Notes under the pieces: generated by a model
Told to the model about the DNA's origin: nothing
Seen by the model: only the letters and a program-made list of their open reading frames with translations
Databases searched by the model: none
Source: Asterionella formosa
Lineage: Eukaryota
NCBI GenBank assembly: GCA_002256025.1
Contig: NKIB01012322.1
Coordinates: forward strand, 1-64,000
DNA length: 64,000 nt
Direction: 5' to 3'
Shown: positions 11,696 to 20,757 of the stretch, in pieces
Layout: each line of letters starts with the position of its first letter
Numbering within the stretch: the stretch's first letter is position 1
Program-made: the position numbers and the translations under genes

Positions 11696-11892
11696 TGCTG
11701 AAGGCAATACACGCCCGAGGTGGTCTCATGCCTGCGAGTATACATGTGTTCGAGGCTGGGTGGCGCGAGTAGGTTTACCGTGCGAGTGGCGCCCCTGGCG
11801 CTGTGAGAAGGTCACCCTACGAGTGCCATCCCAGTCGAGTACACATGTGTACGAGAAGGCATGTAGCCACCGAGAAGGGTATTGCTGAGGCA
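11696..11892 (+). other. long imperfect hairpin with periodic CGAG/CGAG internal motifs (candidate structured RNA/ssDNA element)
   Basis: CGAG at 11716, 11735, 11751, 11766 and 11783; loop CCT at 11794-96; YGAG at 11804, 11820, 11836, 11852, 11871 and 11886. Intervening segments pair across the loop. Confidence 0.8.
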
Positions 11893-13430
11893 ATTCACAA
11901 ACTAGCTAACGTCGCGCCATTTGCTTACCTCCTGCCCACTCTTTGAGTGTAAATGTCAATTTTAGCTTGTTGCTATAGCCCATCATATAAAATATATTTC
12001 CTATCTTCACATCGAAATTTGCAATGGGTACAATATTGCCCATCATTAAAATACATTTTGAATATTTCCTATGTTCGCATTTTGGCATTACAACTTGTAG
12101 CAATTGCCCCTTGGTTGTCCAGCCCTGGGATTGCCGAAATTGGCAAGGGGTCTACTTAAGGAAACCATTTTATATACTTTACAGATTTCACTGAATGTGA
12201 TCGTAGAGAGTAGTACTAATTGTCGAATTTCCGATTTGATTGCTTCCGTGGTTTGTTTTGATCGCTTCCATCGTTGTTTGTCATTCCGCACTGTCGTTTT
12301 GTTTCGATTGTATCTATCTACATAAGAACCAATCTATTTATCGATGACTACTCTTTGACGACGTATTGTGGTTATCGACATGTCATTTACCATGATGCCA
12401 ATATTGCCGCCAAGCAATGCTTTTCTTGTACCAATGCGCTTTGCTACATTTCTACTACGAGTTCGTATCACAAGCTACATAAATACTCAGCTAGAGAGAT
12501 TCAATAGTGCTGGAGCAGCGTGGCGATCACGCTTGCTCAGAATGGAATGATCAGGGTTGCTTGTTGCTTTGGTGGGCAGAGAGGAATGACTGTGGCGGAA
12601 ATACTGCTACTGGCTGGTGTCAGGCTACTACAGCGATACGCATGGCTGCAGCAACCAGACCGTTTACGCTACATAACAATGCAGGTCTAAATTGGGTTCA
12701 ACTTTTTTTCTTCTTTGGGTCTTCGATTGTGTGGTGATGGAAAGTCAATTTTGCCTGTGTAAGTACTACAATGATTCACAATGCATACGTCTCCATTGAA
12801 ACTACTATTTTTTACTTCATTTCTAACCCAAAACAATTTTTTCTCTTTCTTATTTGATGCAACTCATTTCATCGCATTTCATACTTTGGTTGCTCCAAAC
12901 ATCATGTTCAATTTTCATTGATGTTGCATGTTATTGCAATCATTCTCGTGTGTTTTACGCTTGTTGTACCATCTCCATACCGTTACTCGGTCTGCCATGC
13001 TAAAATCGGCAATTTTATTGCCGAAAAATTCGATGTGCCCCATATTGCCCCTAAATAAAATTTACCGTACTTTAGAAATTACTTAGAGCCTAAAGCACCC
13101 GAATGGCAAGACAATACCGGTAGCTGGAGCGGGAATTGCTACCGGTACTGGTGGTATAATTATTTTTTTAATCACATGTCGTATACAGAAACAACCTGCG
13201 ATGTCACACTGACACAAGACTCATCTTTCACTTTCGAGCTTTGGTAATGAAAAACGACATGGGATGAGAGAAATGAGTTTTCGCATGTTGACACGGATTT
13301 GAAGAATTTTGAACTTTTTTGTGAGCGAGGCAGTAACTAGAATGCTGAAGGGCTCATTGGTTTGGTCCTGTGATTGGAAATGCTCGGGATTCTTCCTTTT
13401 CTCATTTTTCTTTGCACAAAACTCACAACA

Positions 13431-14477
13431 ATGTCAGGTGAGGACGGCAGCCCAAAAATGATGAAAGCAATTGTTTACGGCAAACCAAATATACAGTTCA
13501 AGCTCAAGCCAATCCCCATTCCCAGTCTCCATGAAACCCTGGTTCGAGTTTTCGCTGCAGGTCTAAACCCAGTCGACGCCAAAGGCGTTGTCGGAGACAA
13601 GTTTCCACACACTTGGACGACACTACGGTACATGTCTGATCGAGCCATTGCCGGTAGGACCATTGGGTTTGAATTTTCGGGCCAAGTAGTGGATTGTCCG
13701 TCCAACAAGTATCAACCCGGTGACGAAGTCTATGGCAGTATGCCGCCCTTAGGTGGGACGTTGTCGGAGTATATATGTGCACCACTGGATCAAATTTTTC
13801 GGAAGCCTGCAAAGCTGACTCATGAACAAGCTGCCTCCTTGGTATTGGTCGGGATGACAGCAATTCAAGCCTTGCGGCCTGAATTCGACAAGGGGTGCTC
13901 GTCAATTTTGATTGTGGGAGCTAGTGGAGGGACTGGACATGTTTCCGTGCAAGTCAGCCGCTGTTTGGGAGCATCGATGATTGTAGGACTGTGCTCGGCC
14001 CGGAACACTGAATTCGTCAAATCGTGTGGAGCTACTCATGTCGTCAACTACAATTCTGACGATTTCTTGGAGAAGCTACACCGGCTGGGCCCGTTTGACG
14101 TGATTTTTGATTGTGTCACTTCGTCAGATCCACAAGATTACCAATTTATGTATCCCAAGAGGCTTTTGCCCATCTGCACACAAAGATACCTTCGCTTGGG
14201 AGGCACTTCGATAGAATGGTGGAAAGCTGGGTGTGAGAGAATCTTTGGAGGGAACTGGTTTGGCAAGGAAAAACTCTTTTGGATTCGATTTCCTAATTCT
14301 AGCCAAGATTTGAAACAGCTAACCGAGTGGTCAGAACAGTTGAGACTAGTGCCAAAAGTGAGTACATTTATAAAGTTTACGCCAGTTGATGTCCAAGATG
14401 CATTTGACCAAATCAATAACCGGCGAGTTAAAGGAAAACTTGTTGTAGTCATTGTCCAGAGTAACAAAATCATATAA
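13431..14477 (+). CDS. MDR-superfamily NAD(P)H quinone oxidoreductase-like protein (RTN4IP1/zeta-crystallin-like)
   Basis: LVRVFAAGLNPVD, IGFEFSGQVV, QPGDEVYG, GTLSEY, ILIVGASGGTG (Rossmann), VKGKLVV. First ATG at 13431. Confidence 0.9.
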   Translation: MSGEDGSPKMMKAIVYGKPNIQFKLKPIPIPSLHETLVRVFAAGLNPVDAKGVVGDKFPHTWTTLRYMSDRAIAGRTIGFEFSGQVVDCPSNKYQPGDEVYGSMPPLGGTLSEYICAPLDQIFRKPAKLTHEQAASLVLVGMTAIQALRPEFDKGCSSILIVGASGGTGHVSVQVSRCLGASMIVGLCSARNTEFVKSCGATHVVNYNSDDFLEKLHRLGPFDVIFDCVTSSDPQDYQFMYPKRLLPICTQRYLRLGGTSIEWWKAGCERIFGGNWFGKEKLFWIRFPNSSQDLKQLTEWSEQLRLVPKVSTFIKFTPVDVQDAFDQINNRRVKGKLVVVIVQSNKII

Positions 14478-14716
14478 AGCGGCATTATTATCATTATGAT
14501 ACAGTTACCTAAGACTGATACAGCAGTCCATCTTGAATATGAGAACTCCGAATTGCTTCATCGTATTGACACCACTTCTGTAGCAATGCCAAACTCCCCT
14601 TGCTAGACAAGGCATTTTTCTTTCCATGTAATCAATACACTAGTGGTGATCTGTAAACCAAACAACGTACCAGCGGAAGAACTGACAGTCGAGTGGGGAA
14701 GGGAACAATTGTATCA

Positions 14717-17236
14717 TCATTTTTTAGGCCTGAATACATCGCCGTTTGTGTACCGTTGGACTGCTGGCATGGTAGAATCAGTCCATCCTAGCACTCGCAG
14801 TGAATAATGACCAATTAAAATAGCTTCATGGGCATCCACTGACAGCTTTGCAGACTCATATTCGGTTCCAACCAAGAATTGTTTTGCAATCAGAGACGCT
14901 GCTTCCTTCGCTTTGTATGCATTCATTTGCTCTCTTTTCAGAAGGAAATCTTGTCGCCAATCGTCAGCAATAACCCTAGCCAGGTTCACATTTCCTGGTA
15001 GTTGTTCAATAGCCTTCTTCCATATATTGAAAAGCTTTCGATCTTCACCTTCGATGACCACATCTGTAACACCACTCTTGATAATCAGGTCATCCAATCC
15101 TTGTTTCAAGGCATCATGGTCATTAAAACGGCAACTGTCTACTCGTATGATTTTGCCGTCTTGGTCAAATAGTGCAGCCCCGGTACGAAGGCCCAAATCA
15201 ACAGCCAACAATCTTCGAGGTTTGCTGGAATCAGCACCATTTGAATGGCCCGCAATCAAAGCATCTAATGAATCAGGCCTCATCAACTTCGCAACACTGC
15301 GGAGCATAGTACCCCCTTCGATTGTCGAAGCAGCCCACTCCGACACGGTGTAATCTTCTCCTTCCCGTTTCTCCACAAAATCAATGAGAATAGGTCCATT
15401 GACAACTCGATTGGCTTTACCAGAGTTAGCATTTGCCGCATTCACCACCCAAGTGCTATCAATTGTAGTTCCGGGACGGGGAGGTCGGGCTGAAAAGGCA
15501 TGCTGGACAGCGCCTCGCCCCTCATGAATATGTCCACAAAGCCATAGAGCAGGCTTTGCTTGAGAAGACTCCACACAAGTACGAAGGGGCACAGATCCCG
15601 CCCGTTGATTGTGGTAAGTGTAGTCCAATATTCCGTACGGAGGTTCATGACTGATGAGAATATCGCAGTTCGGTGGCATCAACACGTCATTTCGGGTTCT
15701 TGAATGGGGTCGGAGGGCAAGAACAATGCCTCCTTCCAATTCCATAGTCATTGGTGCTGTAACAAATAATGCTTGGCTTCGGGGAAACAGGGCACTGCCT
15801 GGCATTCTAGGGTCGTGGTTACCTCGAACAACGATCTTTGTTGGAATGTGCGTTTGAGCTGCCAGGAAGTTATCCAACCCATTCCTGTTGGACCCAGCAT
15901 GACCGTGGAAATCTCCACAATGAATCAAAATATCCGCTGGTGGAAGTTGGTATGGACTCAGCTCGATTTCTCCGTATGAATTGTAATCCACGTATTGGAA
16001 AAGCTGGTTTTCGCAACCGTGGGTATCTGAAATGACAACAAGGCGGAGTGGACGAGAAAGAGGATTACCCCCGGATCTGTGTCGTGAAACCACCAAAACA
16101 GAGGAAGAAAGCTCGTGACCATCCATAGTGTTTCGCGCCATTTTGATGTCAGGATTATTGAATCGCTGTCCACTTTGGTGCGGGTTGTCTGCTAACTTCT
16201 TTACCATTATTGTGAGTTTGTTCAGAACGGACGAGGCTCCGTAATCTGTCGATGTTGTTGCGCCCGCTTCTGCCAATCGTCTCCGCAGCCGTTCCGAAAG
16301 TAACTGTCGTTCGTACGTTGTCTCTGTTCCCCGTCGTATTTGTTGTTTGGACGTTGCCTCTATGCCCTTGACCGCGGCATCTAGTTGTTCCATGTCTCCG
16401 CCTTCTACAACTGCCTTGAGGTTAGGCGTGCCAGTCCGAAGTGATATTTCCAAGACCCCATCGAGGCGTTCTCTGGCCTTGTCTCGTCTAACTATCAACT
16501 TGGTTCGTTGCTTGCGAGAGACGCCTTTGCCGCTGCTCTTGTTTCCACGACGAGGATGAAGCAATCGATCGAGCAGCTGCAGTTCTTGCCTAACTGCAAC
16601 TTCTTTCTGCAGCAAACGAGACGAATCGAGACTTTCGTCGAGATTTGGTGGTCCAAGAAGCTCTTCTACCGATTCAAGGCCCTTGAGTTGATCCATGTAC
16701 TTGACGGGATCAATAAATGAAAGATCAATGGTCGACCTTCCCTTGATAGCCTCCGTGCATCGGTTCATCAGTTCATTATCACTCGTAACAACAATTGTCG
16801 TGTTCCTTGTGCTCCGTACCATGTTAACAATAGTATCGTCCGCTTTCTCCGCGGTTCCTGAAAAGACAACTGCCACTTGTTGGCCTAGTGGGCCTCCAAC
16901 TTGAATAGTGCCATTGGCTCCATGGTCTACCACAAGAACCATCAAGTGCGACGGGTCTTTTGCTGCAATGGCCTTGGCCAAGAGGGATTCGTGAGAGCAC
17001 TTGAAGTTGGACTTGCCTCTAACGTTTTCAGTATCCACGAGAAACAGAATGGCATGTTGCTCGAGACTTTCCTGCACAACTACCGGTATCGGTGGCGCAG
17101 ATTCGACGCTGACAAATCGAGTATGAATCGACAGCGATCTTGCTGTCCAAGGAGCAAAGCAAGTTCCACCTTGCAACAAGTATGCTAATATGAGAAACGG
17201 TCTCGTCCTAGCAGTCACGGATTTAAGGGTTCTCAT
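14717..17236 (-). CDS. three-domain fusion: YacP-like NYN/PIN nuclease + calcineurin-like metallophosphoesterase + RuvC/RNase H-fold domain, putatively plastid-targeted
   Basis: NYN: FLVDTENVRG, VVDHG, EKADDTI, VVTSDNEL. Phosphoesterase: ISDTHG, IHCGDF, RGNHD, SHEPPYG, CGHIHEG. RuvC-like: LLAVDLGLRTG, VVIEG, VDAHEAILIG. First ATG at 17236, then a hydrophobic signal and GTC|FAP. Confidence 0.85.
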   Translation of the reverse strand: MRTLKSVTARTRPFLILAYLLQGGTCFAPWTARSLSIHTRFVSVESAPPIPVVVQESLEQHAILFLVDTENVRGKSNFKCSHESLLAKAIAAKDPSHLMVLVVDHGANGTIQVGGPLGQQVAVVFSGTAEKADDTIVNMVRSTRNTTIVVTSDNELMNRCTEAIKGRSTIDLSFIDPVKYMDQLKGLESVEELLGPPNLDESLDSSRLLQKEVAVRQELQLLDRLLHPRRGNKSSGKGVSRKQRTKLIVRRDKARERLDGVLEISLRTGTPNLKAVVEGGDMEQLDAAVKGIEATSKQQIRRGTETTYERQLLSERLRRRLAEAGATTSTDYGASSVLNKLTIMVKKLADNPHQSGQRFNNPDIKMARNTMDGHELSSSVLVVSRHRSGGNPLSRPLRLVVISDTHGCENQLFQYVDYNSYGEIELSPYQLPPADILIHCGDFHGHAGSNRNGLDNFLAAQTHIPTKIVVRGNHDPRMPGSALFPRSQALFVTAPMTMELEGGIVLALRPHSRTRNDVLMPPNCDILISHEPPYGILDYTYHNQRAGSVPLRTCVESSQAKPALWLCGHIHEGRGAVQHAFSARPPRPGTTIDSTWVVNAANANSGKANRVVNGPILIDFVEKREGEDYTVSEWAASTIEGGTMLRSVAKLMRPDSLDALIAGHSNGADSSKPRRLLAVDLGLRTGAALFDQDGKIIRVDSCRFNDHDALKQGLDDLIIKSGVTDVVIEGEDRKLFNIWKKAIEQLPGNVNLARVIADDWRQDFLLKREQMNAYKAKEAASLIAKQFLVGTEYESAKLSVDAHEAILIGHYSLRVLGWTDSTMPAVQRYTNGDVFRPKK

Positions 17237-17561
17237 TAGGAGATGAGGAAGCCCAAAGTTCGGACGAAAACGGCTCAACAATGCATACGGTAGAAGCGAT
17301 CGGCTCTGATGCAGTGGTGACGATGATTTTTTGATATTACTGTCAACTGTATTGGTTTCTAAATTTTTCTGGTGGTTTTAGTGATGACTGTATACAAGTA
17401 TTGCCTGTAATACAACATTCATCGTATCATGACTCATATAAAAATCAGATTAAATATACTCTACATACCGGTATTCATATGATACAAACCGGCATTCAAA
17501 AGGGTGAATGCAGAGAGGGACCATTCCGACATCGATTATTATTAGATGTATATTAATACTT

Positions 17562-17639
17562 TTGATTGTCACGGAGTTGGCTTCCGGGGTGCGACCCATA
17601 TTGATTGTCACGGAGTTGGCTACCGAGATGCGACCCAAC
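17562..17639 (+). repeat. 39-bp tandem duplication overlapping the start of the pyruvyl transferase gene
   Basis: TTGATTGTCACGGAGTTGGCTTCCGGGGTGCGACCCATA followed by TTGATTGTCACGGAGTTGGCTACCGAGATGCGACCCAAC. Confidence 0.9.
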
Positions 17640-19110
17640 GACAAAGACAGCAAAGAACGAGTGATGTTGTACCCAAGGAAGGAGTGGTATTGTTATTACG
17701 GCGTTGCTGCTGTGGTGGTTCTTGTTTTCGTGCTGGGTTTTCAGAGCATTCCTACAACTTCTACTACTGCTAAACGAACTATAACTGCTACCGCGGGTAC
17801 TCATCAGACGCTGCCAATACCTGATGATGATCCTTTTGCGGAAGAAGCAGATTCTGTCCTCAGCTCAGATCATCAGGAAGGAACACTGGCAAAGGTCCGA
17901 GCTCAATGCATTGACGCAATTAGAGCCAAGCACAACCAGCTATTCTTGCCACTGCTTCAGAATCACGCATCTGTGCTTCTAGTGGACCCAGCATATCATG
18001 AAAACGTCGGTACGTGACATAAACGTCTGCATATATATGATAGTAGATTCACAATGGTATGTACGGTACGGAATATATGTGATACATCCACTTCTTCATA
18101 AACTTTTCCTTCAACCCAACAATCCAGGTGACACCCTGCTCACACTTGGCGAACTTGCATTCCTACGTGATGGTGGGAACTTTACTGTTACCGAATGCAA
18201 GTACGTACAGGCAAAAGCACACGCACCTCCTTGTCATGACGTGTTGCTATCAGGAACTTGCAATGCCACGGTCGCGCTATGGCAAGCGGGAGGAAATTGG
18301 GGAGACTTGTACCTACCCATACAATCCAAACGAATGAAATCATTTGTTGATTTGCTTCACTATGGATTTACAATTGTTGGTATGCCACAGTCGATGTACT
18401 ACAGGAATGCAACTATACGAACACAGCATGCCGACATGTTAAAACGGAACATTATGGAAGGCTTGCAATTGACCGAATTAGAGTCATCCAAGAATCTACA
18501 TTTGGTACGCTCCAAAGTGATTTTAACTTGGAGAGAACAAGAATCATATAAACAAGCAAGAAAACTATACCCTTTTGCTACCAACAAACTTGTTCCTGAC
18601 ATTGCCTTTCAACTTGGACCATTTGAACCAATTCGAACAGAGAACAATATGGTGGATATTCTGCTCTTTTTAAGAAATGATAGAGAATCTAAACTGGGAA
18701 AAAAGGGACGGTCCCGCAACAATATTCAGCAAATCCTCAACCAACTCCCAAATGGATTGGGAGTGACTTTTACAATTGTGGACTGGAATGATCGATTGGA
18801 AATATTTAGAACAACAAATATACTATTTGATGAATCAGCCATCAAACTGGTATCTTTAGGAAAGGTGGTCATTTGCGATCGATTGCATGCAGCTGTCTTG
18901 TCATATTTATCAAGAATACCTATTGTATACATGGATCAAGAGAGTAACAAGTTGACAAATGTGCTAGATGTTGCCTTTTCAAGTGCAGACATTTGTATGG
19001 ATAACCAGAACATGGTGTTTAAGGGATCCTTGCTTCAGGATTCCTTGGAAAAGGCTCTCGACATTCTTGCAGCTGGTGATTTGCAGTTGCAACTTTATCA
19101 TCAAGTATAG
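17628..19110 (+). CDS. polysaccharide pyruvyl transferase family protein (EpsI/Pvg1-like), 2 exons: 17628-18009 and 18128-19110
   Basis: Removing intron 18010-18127 (GTACGT...TCCAG) restores DPAYHENVGDTLLTLGE. Also AGGNWGDLY, GMPQS, TWREQESY, VPDIAFQLG, RNDRES, VICDRLHAAVLS. N-terminal TM segment. Start codon is uncertain. Confidence 0.85.
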
Positions 19111-20168
19111 CTAGCCACTTCATACAAATATTCATCATTGTAGACATCAGAAAATCAATTGGTGACAGTGCAGCAACTTCATTGAGGAGTTTTGCTGAAT
19201 AGTAAAACAACGATACCATAACATGACACACAAAGGCGAACATCATTAATATATGGGCAATGTCTGAAAAGCCTGGAATCGTCAAGAGTGGGACATGACA
19301 AACAAAACCAACTGCCATTCATGATGTTGCAGCCCTAATTCGTCCAGTCACTCCCAATAAACTGATGAAGAAGAAAACCCGAACCAGTCATGATTGGTGG
19401 TGAATGTAGAAGAATCTGCTTAATCCAGCAACTTTGTCATATAAATATATGTATGGAATCCATGTAAGGGTTCACATCTGTCTCAATAAATTGACTTGAA
19501 TGATTTGAACAGGGATGGTTGCACTGCTTTGGCCATATTGACTGAAAGGACTTCAATCCCCTGAGATACAACATCAGTAAATATCAAGACACATGATTCA
19601 CCCTTGCCAAACCTGGCAATGGCAGCATTTCATGTCAAATGGAACTAACCACCATGAGTTACATCTACATAATACTGTCAAAAATCTGGAAACAGAATTC
19701 TTGTTTTTGCTTGGGACTTGATGAGTACAATGAGGGGAGGCTGTAGCACCTTCTCATATGTTGATTCTTATGGCTCCAATATTTCCATTCTGTTTTGGAA
19801 ATGGTTGATTTCTGTACTGATGAGACCTCAATGTACAACTCATTCAATTTGCATTTTCTCTCTAAAGGATAGGCAACACAGAGCTCATGAAAGGCCATCA
19901 TTTCGAACACAAATAAAAGATGTGGAGCACATTTTACCAGAGTTCCAGTTAACCCAGGGATTCATATTGTGATTTCTGATTGGGTTTCATGGTAGGTTAC
20001 CCATACACCAGTGAGTGCTCTATAATAATAACCATGTCATCCCTCCCATGGGTGATTGTCAAATTCTGTACAGTCCTGGAACTGTATGAAATATGGGGGC
20101 TAATTGATATTGAATGATTTGCTGTTACTAGTGTTTGTTCTTATTAGAGCTGCTTAGGAGCATGTTTG

Positions 20169-20340
20169 TGTCAGAGCTGTCTTTTAGGCTTTTGATGTTG
20201 ACAGGTCTCAAGCAACTAGATGAAGTCTGAGGAGTATCTGAATGGAAATATACATTATTTATATAGAATAGTGATATACAAAAGAATCATTGTGAGAAAG
20301 ACCTTGACTGGCCATTCCAGGGAAGTACTGGAGCATGTTA
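20169..20340 (+). mobile_element. older, diverged copy of the ~200-bp LTR
   Basis: TGTCAGAG...TTAGGCTTTTGATGTTGACAGGT...CCATTCCAGGGAAGTACTGGAGC aligns with 54218-54385, with several CG>TG/CA changes. Confidence 0.65.
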
Positions 20341-20429
20341 GGAAGAGAAAGCAAGCGCAGCTTATTTTAGCATGAAGATTGCTCATTAGTACAAGTGATA
20401 TGGCTGAGCAAAAATGAAAACTAGGTTGG

Positions 20430-20575
20430 ATTGAGGGGTTTGAGATTGGGGGAATGAGTTTCACTATAACTTTTGTCCAAGCTAACCAGCAAATTAATGT
20501 AAGGATTGGATCAGCAGGCGTGAATATCCGTGATGTCCAAATCATTATTTCGGCAAATTTACGGCAACTTGCAGG
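20430..20575 (-). mobile_element. MITE family B copy (internally deleted)
   Basis: Reverse complement of 10229-10450 with a gap; ends ...GCAACTTGCAGG|TA. Confidence 0.55.
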
Positions 20576-20757
20576 TACCTTGTATCTGTACTGGGCTACT
20601 CCCCCTTCCTCTCATCCTCACTCGACTTGCTCTATATGCCAATACCAGAGTCCATAAACTCTACTAGTACATAGATTTACTCCTGAATAGTTAGTCCTCC
20701 TCGCATTACGTAGTAGTAGGTATAGCTATTGCTTAAGAATGACGTCAAATACTGGTA

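Noticed and set aside
11577..11888. 103-aa ORF over the hairpin
   Set aside because: No recognisable motif; probably open because of the high GC content of the structure.
11696..11892. Hairpin as a SECIS element, hammerhead ribozyme or CRISPR
   Set aside because: No upstream selenoprotein ORF, no CUGANGA/GAAA core, and the repeated unit is only 4 nt.
14717..15220. RuvC-like domain as TnpB/Fanzor or Cas12
   Set aside because: Compact contiguous domain with no Zn finger, no REC/WED region and no transposon ends.
17562..17639. 39-bp repeat as a CRISPR array
   Set aside because: Only two adjacent copies, no spacers, no cas genes, eukaryotic context.
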